A program made the translations under genes and the position numbers. Under the pieces are notes generated by a model, which had not been told where the DNA came from, did not search any database, and worked only from the letters and a program-made list of their open reading frames with translations. A stretch of 64,000 bases of DNA from assembly GCA_965214775.1 (NCBI GenBank), contig OZ243974.1, positions 1,824,001 through 1,888,000 of the forward strand. Reading direction: 5' to 3'. This DNA comes from Nitrosopumilus sp. (GTDB lineage: Archaea; Thermoproteota; Nitrososphaeria; Nitrososphaerales; Nitrosopumilaceae). Numbering within the stretch: position 1 is the stretch's first letter; each line of letters begins with the position of its first letter. Of the stretch, positions 10,431-21,099 are shown one piece after another.

Positions 10431-11345
10431 TTAGATCTCCATTCCGGAAATTGCGCCCTTGACGCTGTCTACTGCCCTCCCAAAGGCCTGTCTTTCTTCA
10501 TCGTTAAGATCCAGCTCGATGATCCTCTCTACCCCGTTTTTTCCAATCACGGCAGGAACCCCCATTGTGACCTTGGAGTGGCCGTACTCCCCGTCAAGGT
10601 ACGTTGCGACAGGAACCACCTGCTTTTTGTCCCTGACAACTGATTCTAAAATTGCCGAAACTGCATTTCCCGGCGCGTGAACCGTTGCGCCCTTTGATTC
10701 GATTACTCTGGCAGCTACCTGCCTTGTGCTCTGAACCAGCTCGTCCAACTTTTCTTTTGGCAGCAACGACGATAGTGGAATTCCGGAGACTGACGAGAAT
10801 CTTGGCAGTGGCAGCATGTTCTCTCCGTGCTCGCCAATCACCAGGGCTCTGATGGAATCCCTCGAATGCCCGGTTGCCTCGTGAATGAACTGTATGAATC
10901 TTGACAAATCCAGCATTCCCCCCATTCCAAACACCCTGCTTCTTTCAAATCCTGAAACCTTGTAGGCGATGTATGCCATTGGATCCAGCGGATTTGTGAC
11001 GGGAATGATCATCGAATCGCCTGCATATCTTCTGATGTTTTCTACAACACTCTTTACGATTGATGCGTTAGTCTTCAACAAATCCATCCTGGTCATTCCC
11101 GGTTTTCTTCCAGAACCTGCAACTACTACGACTGCGTTGGAACCCTTCATGTCTGCAAAGTCGTTTGAGCCCCTCACCTCGACATCGATTCCCTGCTCAG
11201 ATAACACGTGGTTGATATCCATGGCCTCTCCCTGGGGGAGCCCCTCTGCGACATCTAGCAGCAAAATTTGATCATCTAGCCGTCTTAATGCCGAAAACAA
11301 TGCGGCATCCCCGCCTACCTTGCCTGAACCCACTATGGTAATCAT
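10431..11345 (-). CDS. mdh: Malate dehydrogenase (LDH-like)
   Basis: GSGKVG NAD motif, [22 protein letters not shown]. Confidence 0.93.
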   Translation of the reverse strand: MITIVGSGKVGGDAALFSALRRLDDQILLLDVAEGLPQGEAMDINHVLSEQGIDVEVRGSNDFADMKGSNAVVVVAGSGRKPGMTRMDLLKTNASIVKSVVENIRRYAGDSMIIPVTNPLDPMAYIAYKVSGFERSRVFGMGGMLDLSRFIQFIHEATGHSRDSIRALVIGEHGENMLPLPRFSSVSGIPLSSLLPKEKLDELVQSTRQVAARVIESKGATVHAPGNAVSAILESVVRDKKQVVPVATYLDGEYGHSKVTMGVPAVIGKNGVERIIELDLNDEERQAFGRAVDSVKGAISGMEI

Positions 11346-11434
11346 AAGGTTGGCTGCCAACCCTCAATAATTAAATCTAATGAAGCCAGAATCCGATCAG
11401 GCGAATTTATAAGCATTTTTGCAGTTTTTAAATT

Positions 11435-12673
11435 ATGGTACTGGTCATTGATCCTCAGATTGCCGGAATCTCTGGAGACATGCTGCTGTCTTCGTTGGTG
11501 GATCTTGGCGCCGATAAAAACAAAATCATAGACGGAATAAGGAAATCCCAAAGATTCCTGCCAAACTCCACAATTAATGAAATTCGTTTTACAAAAGTAA
11601 CAAAGCGGGGCATTCATGCCACTCAGCTGAAATTGGAAATTGACGAAGACGTTCATGAACGCAGAGGATCTGAGATCAGAAACGCCATCTCTGACTCGGC
11701 CGAACTAATCGGACTGTCTTCGAAGGGAAAATCCTTTGCTGAATCCTGCATTGACGCACTGATTCTATCCGAATCAAAGATCCACGGAATTCCTGCAGAT
11801 TCCGTACATTTTCATGAGGCCTCAAGCATGGACACTCTGGTGGACATTCTTGGAACTGCCGTTGCCTTGGAAGACCTTGGAATCTTGGATGAAAAGGTCC
11901 TGTGTCTGCCGGTTGCAGTTGGAGGGGGATCTGTGACTTTTTCTCATGGCACCATGTCCAATCCTGCAAGTGCCATCCTGGAAATTTTCAAAAATTCCTC
12001 GTTAAAAATTCAAGGAGACCCCTCGGCAGGCGAACTGACAACGCCCACCGGGGCCTGCATCTTATCAAGCCTGTCTAACAACAACTTTGTTGATTGCTAC
12101 CCGAAAATGAAAATCGAATCTGTCGGATACGGCGCCGGCCAAAGAGACTTTGAAAATTTCTCCAATGTGCTGAAAATCGTACGCGGAACGCAGAACGAAC
12201 TGGGTGTTGATTCTGTTAAAATTCTCGAGACAAACGTTGATGACGTATCTGGAGAAATCCTGGGAAACCTGATTGAAAAGTTAATGGGCAAGGGCGCCAA
12301 AGACGTCTCAATTTATCCTGGAATCACGAAAAAAGGCCGACCAACAAATCTTGTAAGGACAATCTGCGACGAGCAGAAAGTCGAATCACTGGCCGATACC
12401 CTGATTCACGAGACAGGAACTCTGGGGGTTCGCATATCTGAATCAAGGCGCCTTGTCGTTCCAAGATCCGTCCATTCGGCCAGGGTGAGCATATCTGGCC
12501 GGACGTTTGAAGTAAATTATAAAAAGTCATCCTTTAAGGGAAGGGATGATCTAAAGATAGAATTTGATGATCTGAAAACCGTCTCAAACAGCGTGTCCAA
12601 GTCCATCAAAGATACCGAATCAATATTAAGAAAAAAAATAGAGGAAATCGGGGATGCAGATGAGCCGTCTTGA
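11435..12673 (+). CDS. larC: Nickel-pincer cofactor nickel insertase LarC
   Basis: AGISGDMLL, VHFHE, GELTTPTGA, ETNVDD, ETGTLGVR. Confidence 0.93.
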   Translation: MVLVIDPQIAGISGDMLLSSLVDLGADKNKIIDGIRKSQRFLPNSTINEIRFTKVTKRGIHATQLKLEIDEDVHERRGSEIRNAISDSAELIGLSSKGKSFAESCIDALILSESKIHGIPADSVHFHEASSMDTLVDILGTAVALEDLGILDEKVLCLPVAVGGGSVTFSHGTMSNPASAILEIFKNSSLKIQGDPSAGELTTPTGACILSSLSNNNFVDCYPKMKIESVGYGAGQRDFENFSNVLKIVRGTQNELGVDSVKILETNVDDVSGEILGNLIEKLMGKGAKDVSIYPGITKKGRPTNLVRTICDEQKVESLADTLIHETGTLGVRISESRRLVVPRSVHSARVSISGRTFEVNYKKSSFKGRDDLKIEFDDLKTVSNSVSKSIKDTESILRKKIEEIGDADEPS

Positions 12674-13460
12674 TGATCTGATTGACTGGTTTGATCCCGG
12701 ATCAAAGGTAATGGTCGCTCTTTCAGGGGGGGTTGATAGCGGATTGGTTGCCTATGCGGCATTCCAAAGATTAAAGGCCGGCGCCATGGCAGTCACTGCC
12801 GATTACAAGACTCTCTCAAAGGAGGAATTGGATTCTGCAAAAGACGTATGCGGGGAAATCGGAATCTCACACATCCTTTTGGATTATAATGAACTAGAAA
12901 ACGGGGATTTTGTCAGAAACGGTTCTGACCGATGCTTTCATTGCAGATCAGAACTGGGCTCTCATCTGACCAGTCTGGCAAGAGAGCATGGCGTCGATGT
13001 CATTGTTGATGGGACAAACGTTGATGACTTGGGCGACTACAGGCCCGGGATTGAGGCCCTAAAACGGCATCAAATCAAGAGTCCTCTTGTCGAGACAAAC
13101 TTTACAAAAAGCGAGATTCGAGAGTGCGCAAGGTCTGTCGGGCTGTCGGTTTTTGACAGGCCCTCCAACTCCTGTCTGGCCTCTAGAATTCCGTGGGGCC
13201 AGAGAGTGACCGCTGAGAAATTGGTTCGGATTGAAACGGCAGAGACAGTTGTAAAACAGCTGACCGGCCTCAGGCAGGTACGCGTTCGTGACATGGACGG
13301 CCATGCAAAAATCGAGGTCGAGGCAGACGGCGTCTCCCTCCTTGAGGATTCCGTGTTGTTGGAGCAGCTGTCCGAAAAGTTGAGGATGATCGGATTCACC
13401 GGGGTCAAGGTGGATCCGGAAGGATACAAGCCGGGAAAAATCAACGTGATTGCGGATTGA
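12660..13460 (+). CDS. larE: ATP-dependent sulfur transferase LarE
   Basis: PP-loop SGGVDS, RCFHC, DGTNVDDLGDYRPG, SCLASRIP. Confidence 0.93.
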   Translation: MSRLDDLIDWFDPGSKVMVALSGGVDSGLVAYAAFQRLKAGAMAVTADYKTLSKEELDSAKDVCGEIGISHILLDYNELENGDFVRNGSDRCFHCRSELGSHLTSLAREHGVDVIVDGTNVDDLGDYRPGIEALKRHQIKSPLVETNFTKSEIRECARSVGLSVFDRPSNSCLASRIPWGQRVTAEKLVRIETAETVVKQLTGLRQVRVRDMDGHAKIEVEADGVSLLEDSVLLEQLSEKLRMIGFTGVKVDPEGYKPGKINVIAD

Positions 13461-14620
13461 TCTATCTTGATAATGCCGCATCGACCCGGATCCATGACGA
13501 TGTGATTGACTCGATGCTTCCGTTTTTCAGGGAACAATTTGGAAACCCCTCCTCTGTTCATCGATACGGGAGGCAATCAAGAAGGGCAGTTGAAAAGGCC
13601 AGAAAGCAGATTGCCTTGTTGATTAATGCCGAGCCGTCTGAAATCCTGATCACTTCGGGGGGAACAGAGTCAAACACGACTGCCTTGCATGGGCTGGTCT
13701 CAAAGTCGCCCAAAGGAAAAGTCATAACCTCCTCTATCGAACACGATGCAATTTTAGAACCGTGTAAAAAATTAAGAGAAAGCGGCGGTCTTGATCTGGA
13801 ATACCTGCCGGTAGATGGCTCTGGAATAGTCAGGCCCTCCTCCCTGGAACAAAAAATTTCCGATGACACCCTGCTTGTCTCAGTAATGCTTGCAAATAAC
13901 GAGATTGGCACCGTTCAGCCTGTCTCTGAGCTTGCCAAAATTTCCCATTCCCGTAACGTTCCCTTTCATACTGATGCAGTACAGGCAGCAGGAAAAGTGC
14001 ATATTGATGTCAAGGCAATGGGCATTGACCTTCTTTCAATCTCCTCTCACAAGCTTTACGGTCCCAAAGGCGTGGGCGCACTGTATGTTCGAAAGGGATT
14101 GGAGATCGATCCTGTGATGCTGGGCGGTGGCCAGGAGCACGGATTGCGCTCTGGCACTGAAAACGTGGCCGGCATAGTTGGCTTTGGAAGGGCCTGCGAA
14201 ATTGCAAGAACCAACCTTGACTCAAACATCTCTAAAATGCTTTGCCTGCGTGACAGTCTGATTCGGAGGGTAACTGATGAAATTCCCAAGGTTACGGTTA
14301 ATGGCGATCTCAAATCCCGACTGCCCAACAACGCGCATTTTACATTCCTGGGCGTTAACGGCGAGGATTTGATTCTCAAACTCGACGAGCATGGAGTTGC
14401 AGCATCTACCGGCTCTGCGTGCTCTGTCAATACCCAAAAGGCATCACACGTATTGCAGGCAATGGGGCTTTCCCACGAGAAGATTGCCGGCTCGCTTAGG
14501 TTGACGATTGGTGTCTTTAACACTCGGGATGACATTGATAAGACCGTTGTTTTGCTAAAACGGATTGTTAGGGAACTGCGGGATGTCTCGCCATTCAAAG
14601 ACAAGTACTCGTTTTCGTAA
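13457..14620 (+). CDS. iscS: Cysteine desulfurase (IscS/NifS)
   Basis: IYLDNAAS, HTDAVQ, SSHKLYGPKG, RSGTENV, STGSACS. Confidence 0.95.
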   Translation: MIYLDNAASTRIHDDVIDSMLPFFREQFGNPSSVHRYGRQSRRAVEKARKQIALLINAEPSEILITSGGTESNTTALHGLVSKSPKGKVITSSIEHDAILEPCKKLRESGGLDLEYLPVDGSGIVRPSSLEQKISDDTLLVSVMLANNEIGTVQPVSELAKISHSRNVPFHTDAVQAAGKVHIDVKAMGIDLLSISSHKLYGPKGVGALYVRKGLEIDPVMLGGGQEHGLRSGTENVAGIVGFGRACEIARTNLDSNISKMLCLRDSLIRRVTDEIPKVTVNGDLKSRLPNNAHFTFLGVNGEDLILKLDEHGVAASTGSACSVNTQKASHVLQAMGLSHEKIAGSLRLTIGVFNTRDDIDKTVVLLKRIVRELRDVSPFKDKYSFS

Positions 14621-14625
14621 AAAAA

Positions 14626-15441
14626 TCAGACTCTTGTTTGCAGCCTGTCTCTTGTTGTTAGCATTGTGATGATGACAATAATTCCGACAGCCAGGATCAT
14701 CGCTGTTGTGACTGCTCCAAATTCTGGAACAACGTACGTCCCAATAACCTCAATGTCCGAATCCCCCTGCTCAAAATTGATTGTTATTACTCTTGAATCT
14801 GAATGTAACGCTGATTCCTGGTGTGCCACCTCGATTCCGTCAATTAGTATGATGAATGTATCGTCCTTGCCATCCTGTTTTTCGGCTCCGATGAATTCCC
14901 TTGGAAGATCCAACGAAATGGTGCCCTCGTCAGTAGAGCTTATCTGGACAACTAGCGCAAAGGTATCCGAATCTACTGCCATGTCTCTGACTGTCCCCCC
15001 CTTGATTGTATATTCCACATCAAAGGTTCCATGACTTCCCGCATCTACCTCGAAAATCGTCGTAGTTTGAACCGCCTCTGACTTTGACGTATAGTCAAAA
15101 TATGATTCTGCGATGTTCCCCTCCCCGTATGAGACTCTCACCAGATAGTCTCCTGACTTGTTCCATAATGGGCCTTCTGCAATGATCGTGTGGGAATAGC
15201 TGCCGTCTTGGGCAACTGTGATTTGAGCAATATCTACGAGATTACCTTCGGTAAAAAGCTGAAGTGTTATTGGGGTTGCCCCTATTACGGTACTGACTTG
15301 GCCTGAAATTACAATTGTGTCCTCCTCGTCATAGTTGTTGTCATCTGTCTGGACTGAAATCAGTGATTCTTGTGCAAATGCACCTCCTGTGGAGACTGCC
15401 AAAAACGCCAAAAGAACTATTCCATGAATTCTAAATCCCAC
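14626..15441 (-). CDS. PEFG-CTERM sorting domain surface protein
   Basis: Signal peptide (...GGAFAQ), VPEFG followed by TM helix and basic tail; start moved to GTG 15441. Confidence 0.85.
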   Translation of the reverse strand: MGFRIHGIVLLAFLAVSTGGAFAQESLISVQTDDNNYDEEDTIVISGQVSTVIGATPITLQLFTEGNLVDIAQITVAQDGSYSHTIIAEGPLWNKSGDYLVRVSYGEGNIAESYFDYTSKSEAVQTTTIFEVDAGSHGTFDVEYTIKGGTVRDMAVDSDTFALVVQISSTDEGTISLDLPREFIGAEKQDGKDDTFIILIDGIEVAHQESALHSDSRVITINFEQGDSDIEVIGTYVVPEFGAVTTAMILAVGIIVIITMLTTRDRLQTRV

Positions 15442-15511
15442 AAAATTTTCTACGCGTGTATGTATATTTCCTTTACTATCAGAAATGAAAAAATGAAAAA
15501 AGATGTGGTTT

Positions 15512-16408
15512 TTAGAATCTTCTTGGAACAATGCTGAGTCCTGATCTTGCAGAGATTGCAACTATTGATATGATTGCAACTGCTAGAACCATGACTGCGA
15601 TTGTGCCAAATTCTGGGACTACAAAGGTACCTATTATTTCAATCTCTTCGGCGCCTGCTGGGAACATCACTGTGATTTTTTCTCCAGCGATTTCAGAATC
15701 ATCCCACTCTTCCCCGTCGACAAGTACCATGAAGGCACCGTCCAAGGTTGTCTTTTTTGGTGATACTGTTAGCATTCCATCTTCTTGGGCGTTGATACCA
15801 ATGACAATCGAATTATCATCAGAATTGACTGTTGCACCTGTTATCATTCCACCGGTTATGGTAAATGGTACACAATGACCGCCTACACTTAGCTCCATGC
15901 TCCTACATTGTCTGTCTGGAACATTGGGAGTGTCGTATGTTGGCGTATATGCAACTCCACCAGTAATCTCTACTTTTGCACTGTCTGCTTTTTCAGCGCT
16001 TCCATAGTTTGCCTTAATGGTGTAAGTACCGTCGTATTTCCACATTGCGCCTGCTGTGTTTAATGCTGTCTCAAAAGTTCCATCGTCAGAAACATTGACC
16101 TGGTCAACTGTGACGATTGAATTCAGAGGACTCACAACAGTAATTGTAACTGGAAATCCAGAGACTAGATTTGCTACATGTCCTTTTACCATGATCATGT
16201 CACTGTGGCCATAATCTGTTTTGTCAGTCCAAACAGATATTGGAATGTCCTCAAGAAGCATCTTTTCTGCTGCTTCCCTTGCATCCTCTATTGGGCATCC
16301 CACACATGGCTGTGGAAGATCTTCGACAGCATATGCTGATGACATGGCGGTTAAGGTACCGACTGCAGTCAAAACGGCTAGTAGCGCGAACGACGTACGG
16401 CTGTTCAT
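15512..16408 (-). CDS. PEFG-CTERM sorting domain surface protein
   Basis: Signal peptide, GTFVVPEFGTIAVMVLAVAIISIV tail. Confidence 0.88.
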   Translation of the reverse strand: MNSRTSFALLAVLTAVGTLTAMSSAYAVEDLPQPCVGCPIEDAREAAEKMLLEDIPISVWTDKTDYGHSDMIMVKGHVANLVSGFPVTITVVSPLNSIVTVDQVNVSDDGTFETALNTAGAMWKYDGTYTIKANYGSAEKADSAKVEITGGVAYTPTYDTPNVPDRQCRSMELSVGGHCVPFTITGGMITGATVNSDDNSIVIGINAQEDGMLTVSPKKTTLDGAFMVLVDGEEWDDSEIAGEKITVMFPAGAEEIEIIGTFVVPEFGTIAVMVLAVAIISIVAISARSGLSIVPRRF

Positions 16409-16469
16409 CTTGATGCGAATTGAACGTGTCTCTATTTATGTATTTTAAAAAGAGAAAAAAGTTGTGAAC

Positions 16470-17348
16470 TTAGTATCTTCTTGGAACAATGCTAAGTCTT
16501 GATTTTGCAGAGATTGCAACTATTGATATGATTGCAACTGCTAGAACCATGGCTGCGATTGCGCCGAATTCTGGAACCACGGTACCATCCAAGATGTCTA
16601 CCTCGATTGAATCGGCGTATTTTGGATCGTCAAATTGCTTTGCATTTACAGTATAGAAGCCATTTTCTTTCCATAGTGGCCCTCCAACTGTTATGACTTT
16701 CTCGAATTCCCCATCAAGCGATGGCGAAATCTGAGCTACTGTCACCACGTTTCCATTTGGAGCAACTATGGTTATTGTGATGTCCTGACTGACTCTGTCT
16801 GTAGTGCCAGAAACCGTAAACTCGTCAGATCCGTTTACAAACTGTGCCATGTCAAGCTCAAGCCCTGCATCTGTTGCAACATTTGGGTCTTCTGGATTTA
16901 CACCAAGAAATCCTGTGTCTAAATTAGATTCAGTTGCAGAAGTTCTTTCTGCCATGCCATCTGTTACTTCAACAAGAACGTCAAGGGTATACAATGAATT
17001 TTGCTGTACGCCTTGCATTGCAGTTATCTCGTAGAATCCGTTCTCTTTCCAAAGAGGTCCGATTTTGAATTCAACTGCAAAGTCTCCGTTTGCATCAGGT
17101 GAAATCTGCCCCAGGGACACTATGTTGTTACCGCTTGGAGATGTCACTCTAAATGTAATGTCTGTAACATCTGAGACCGTTTTGCCTGTAACCATAATGG
17201 TGTCGGATCCTTTATCAGCCGTAGCTGTAATTGACATTCCCATACTTTGAGCAAAAGCATCTTGTTGAATTGAAGTCGCTGAAATTAATGACACTGCTGC
17301 CATGAGGACTATTGCCGTCGATGTTGTTGTAGAACGTTTAAAATTCAT
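16470..17348 (-). CDS. PEFG-CTERM surface protein with two Ig-like repeats
   Basis: Two GPLWKENGFY domains, VPEFG tail; ATG 17348 lies 25 nt from the same TACATAAATA box seen 25 nt before the 16408 start. Confidence 0.88.
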   Translation of the reverse strand: MNFKRSTTTSTAIVLMAAVSLISATSIQQDAFAQSMGMSITATADKGSDTIMVTGKTVSDVTDITFRVTSPSGNNIVSLGQISPDANGDFAVEFKIGPLWKENGFYEITAMQGVQQNSLYTLDVLVEVTDGMAERTSATESNLDTGFLGVNPEDPNVATDAGLELDMAQFVNGSDEFTVSGTTDRVSQDITITIVAPNGNVVTVAQISPSLDGEFEKVITVGGPLWKENGFYTVNAKQFDDPKYADSIEVDILDGTVVPEFGAIAAMVLAVAIISIVAISAKSRLSIVPRRY

Positions 17349-17467
17349 CCTAATTGAACCCATCATTCTTGGTATTTATGTATATTCAAAAAGGAGGCGT
17401 TGTCCGGAATTTTTCCAGAAATCTACCGATAAGCTTATAGATCATAAGCGCAGGATGCGACAACCTT

Positions 17468-18523
17468 ATGGATCATAGGATCGACGTCCCCGTATCAATG
17501 AAATCAAAGACCAACAAGAAGGAATCCAAGAAGGAATCCAAGAAGGAATCCAAGAAGGAATCCAAGAAGGAATCCAAGAAGGAATCCAAGAAGGAATCCA
17601 AGAAGGAATCCAGCAAGACCAGCAAGAAAAAAAAGTCAGAGTACACGAGACCTCCGGAATACTATGCCGAGTACGAGGAAAAAAGGAGAGAGGACAGCAA
17701 GAGGTGCGGCATCGGAATCAAAAAGATCCGCAAGATCCTCCTGTCCCTCCTCCATAACACAGAGCAAGAGGATGAAATTCCCTATCTTCTGTGCGTACTC
17801 GACATGGAGTACCGCGGAAACTCGTATCGCAGACACGTCGAATACATGGAGTCGAATCCTGGTTCAACTAACATGTACGGGCTCAAAAAGGTTCCGGCCA
17901 AGTCGACACTGCATGATGCAGCCGTAAGGATAGCTGCCTGGGACAAGTCGGTGCTAAGATCGGTACTCTCAGAACAGGCAGGCGCAGACGCCAGGGGAAC
18001 GTTGCTTGGCGACTCTAGCGGTTTCTCCATAATGAGATACCACACATGGGAGGACGCAAAGAAGGGCGTCATATCCAGGCAGATGTTTGCCAAGCTGCAC
18101 ATACTGTTGGCCCCGCACGGCAAGATTGCCGCCTGCGAGGTGACGCCGGGCGAATTCCATGATTCCCCGGTGTTCCGTAACGAGCTGCTACCGCAGGTTC
18201 CCAACGGCACAGGACACGTGATCCTGGATGCCGCATACGACTCGTATGAGAACTGCAGGGTCATAGCCGACGGAGGCAGAACCCCAGTGATATGTCCGCG
18301 TACAGGATATACGGTTCACGGGTTCAACGCCCGCTCCAAGATGCTAAGATGGCACAAAAAGGACCCCGAGGGATTCGAGAAGACGTACCACCAGCGCAGC
18401 CTCGTTGAGTCGGCCTTCTCGTCGATAAAGGCAAGGTTTGACTCCACGGTGCGCGCCATGTCGCTTCCGATGCAGTCGCTCAGGCTTACCCTCAAGGTAT
18501 TCTGCTACAATCTGGTCAGCTAG
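17468..18523 (+). CDS. IS5-family DDE transposase
   Basis: GDSSGF, KLH, LDAAYDS, YHQRSLVESAFSSIK motifs. Confidence 0.9.
   Translation: MDHRIDVPVSMKSKTNKKESKKESKKESKKESKKESKKESKKESKKESSKTSKKKKSEYTRPPEYYAEYEEKRREDSKRCGIGIKKIRKILLSLLHNTEQEDEIPYLLCVLDMEYRGNSYRRHVEYMESNPGSTNMYGLKKVPAKSTLHDAAVRIAAWDKSVLRSVLSEQAGADARGTLLGDSSGFSIMRYHTWEDAKKGVISRQMFAKLHILLAPHGKIAACEVTPGEFHDSPVFRNELLPQVPNGTGHVILDAAYDSYENCRVIADGGRTPVICPRTGYTVHGFNARSKMLRWHKKDPEGFEKTYHQRSLVESAFSSIKARFDSTVRAMSLPMQSLRLTLKVFCYNLVS
17516..17611 (+). repeat. 12-bp tandem repeat x8 (KKES) in transposase
   Basis: aagaaggaatcc eight times, perfect. Confidence 0.95.
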
Positions 18524-18774
18524 GATCCATAATGCCGGTACGGTGGAATCGTCCGGCTAGCGGATGCTATGCAGTATGACGTCAAAACACGGGCCATAAC
18601 TACACAATGCGGGCCGGAGTGCGGATTCGTCTCTATGTTTGCAGTCATTGCGCCATGATTTTGTACAAATCTCCCCGGAAATCACGTCCTAAAATCACGA
18701 TTCCGGACAACGCCCAAAAAGGAAATTGGACGATCTACGGGGTTATTTTGGATAATTCCTCCTGTTTACTTTTG

Positions 18775-19055
<281 letters not shown>

Positions 19056-19185
19056 GGCACTTTGTCTGTTTTTGATGTTGGTTTTTTACTGCTGATGCCT
19101 CGTCTGAGACTCACTGATCATGCTTGCTGGGATATCTTCTCATGAATCGCTCTAATCGTTTTGATTCTCTAGTGACTGCCATGCG

Positions 19186-20535
19186 CAGTAGACGGAAATG
19201 TACCCCCTTTAAATACGTCTGACAGACGACAGCGTAAAAAAATCTACCAAAAATGTAAACAAATCTAGATCACACAGATCAACTGTAAGGCGCCCCTACC
19301 CGCTATAGTGATTGGACAAAATAGCGGGCAAAAGCACCGCATCAACATGGGCAACAGGGTGCTTAATACCTTGGCAAACATCATAGGCGGCGGGGGCGAG
19401 ATCAAGTTCTCCAAGCAGCATAACGCGCTATACGGACTGTCACAGTTTGTGATGATCCTGGCATCCATGTGCAAATCAGGCCAGACTGCAACAGAGAGCG
19501 TGATAGAGTTTGAAGACAGCGAGAACCTGCCCACTGCCAGGTGGTTTCACGGAATGGTCCGAACCGCAGGCCTTGACGGAATAAGGAGGATCTGCGATGA
19601 CCTGATGGATATTGCAATCAAGGCCGCCAAAAAGGGCGGCATTCACAGTAACGGCCCCGTCATGATTGCAATAGACAAGCACGAGATACCGCGGTATGAC
19701 AAGGACAACATGAAGTATCTGATAAGATCAAAGCCCAAAAAGGGAACAAGCAAGTTCGAGGCGTATGCGACCATGCAGGCAGTCGACTCTCCTGTCAATG
19801 CCACGCTCGGATGCATTCCGCTCACAAGGGAGGACTTTGACGCCGATTTCGTGCGTAAATTTGTGAATATTCTCAGGAAATCAAACATAATGTACCGGCT
19901 CTTTCTGCTGGACCGGGAGTTCTACTCAGTTGACATAATGACAGAGATGTATCGTGCAGGAAAAAAGTTCCTGATGCCTGCAATCAAGAATGCCACAGTA
20001 AAGAATGCAATAGAGGCGGCACACGCAGCAGGCAAGACCAAGGGGAGCTGCGTGTCTGATTTTACCATTACAAACCGCAAAGGCAAGACCGCATCATTTA
20101 ACCTGGTCATCGTGCCGTCTGCCATGCACGGGCAGGAGGGCAAGACAGTAGTGGAACAGTACGTGGCATTTGCCACCAACCTCCCGTTCTCCAACGCACT
20201 GCACGAGATCGATACTGCCTCACCGGACTACCGGAAGAGGTGGGGCATAGAGACAGGATACAGGCAGATAGAGCAGATACGGGCCAAGACCATAAGCAGG
20301 AACCAGGACATCAGGCTGCTTGTATTTTTTGTGTCTGTCTTTGTGTACAACATGTGGGCCATCGAGCGCAACAGGGACGACATATGGTGTGCGAGAAGGG
20401 ATCTTACGTTATTGCGGGTTTCATGCGCGCTTCTCATGGCTGCTAGAAGGAATCTTGCAGAATACGGGTTTGCCGGCCCGCCACTGCCGCCGTAGGGTCG
20501 AGGTGGCCTTTGGGGGGTTACATTTCCGTCTACTG
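19186..20535 (+). mobile_element. ISH3-family insertion sequence (1350 bp)
   Basis: TIR CAGTAGACGGAAATGTA at both ends; 5-bp target duplication ATGCG (19181-19185, 20536-20540). Confidence 0.9.
19308..20495 (+). CDS. ISH3-family DDE transposase
   Basis: IAIDKH, LLDREFYS, YRKRWGIETGYR motifs; exact start uncertain. Confidence 0.9.
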   Translation: MIGQNSGQKHRINMGNRVLNTLANIIGGGGEIKFSKQHNALYGLSQFVMILASMCKSGQTATESVIEFEDSENLPTARWFHGMVRTAGLDGIRRICDDLMDIAIKAAKKGGIHSNGPVMIAIDKHEIPRYDKDNMKYLIRSKPKKGTSKFEAYATMQAVDSPVNATLGCIPLTREDFDADFVRKFVNILRKSNIMYRLFLLDREFYSVDIMTEMYRAGKKFLMPAIKNATVKNAIEAAHAAGKTKGSCVSDFTITNRKGKTASFNLVIVPSAMHGQEGKTVVEQYVAFATNLPFSNALHEIDTASPDYRKRWGIETGYRQIEQIRAKTISRNQDIRLLVFFVSVFVYNMWAIERNRDDIWCARRDLTLLRVSCALLMAARRNLAEYGFAGPPLPP

Positions 20536-20702
20536 ATGCGTATGATCTTTTTCTTGTTGGGGCTCACCGGGGCCTTTTGGCGTCTTTTGGGCTTGCCAAC
20601 TGTGCCGTTGAATCTTACATTGCAAAATGTGTTTTGTTGGGTTGTAACTCGGGAAATGAACTTCCGTTAATGTTCTTCCCGCTCACTGATGGGGCACGAT
20701 GT

Positions 20703-20828
20703 GGGTTGTCGCCTAATTCACCAGAATTCCTGAAAACCATTGAGATGCCATATGAATCAGGCGTGTAAAAGGGAGGAAATTCAGAAAAACGTGCAGACAG
20801 TCAAATAACCGGAATTAGGCGACAATCT
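20703..20828. mobile_element. MITE family A (TIR GGTTGTCGCCTAATTC)
   Basis: Terminal inverted repeat; related copies at ~30239-30363 and ~56971-57197. Confidence 0.75.
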
Positions 20829-20921
20829 CGGTAATATGGGAAAAATGGAAAATCATTGTGTCATTACACAGATGCTTTTTGTATCTACGAACCGCATATG
20901 GGGCATGACCGGGAAGAATTT

Positions 20922-21042
20922 CGGTCTTCCAAAAAGTACCGCATCAAATTATCCCGGGCTTGAAACAATTCAGATGGGGATGCCTGCAGATCCGCATGTC
21001 GCCTCCCCTGCTGCCACGAGTCGGTTACTTTTGGGAAGGCTG
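20922..21042. mobile_element. MITE family F (121 bp; TIR CAGTCTTCCCAAAAGT-like)
   Basis: TIRs, 5-bp flanking duplication AATTT; copies at 47339-47457, 55919-56039, 58033-58153. Confidence 0.82.
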
Positions 21043-21099
21043 AATTTGGGCGCAGCCTATTTTAGCAAGTGTTCATTACGATACTTGCCCTATAAAATC

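Larger units (their letters stand above)
17396..18714 (+). mobile_element. IS5-family insertion sequence (1319 bp)
   Basis: Perfect 15-bp TIR GGCGTTGTCCGGAAT; 9-bp target duplication CAAAAAGGA at 17387-17395 and 18715-18723. Confidence 0.92.
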
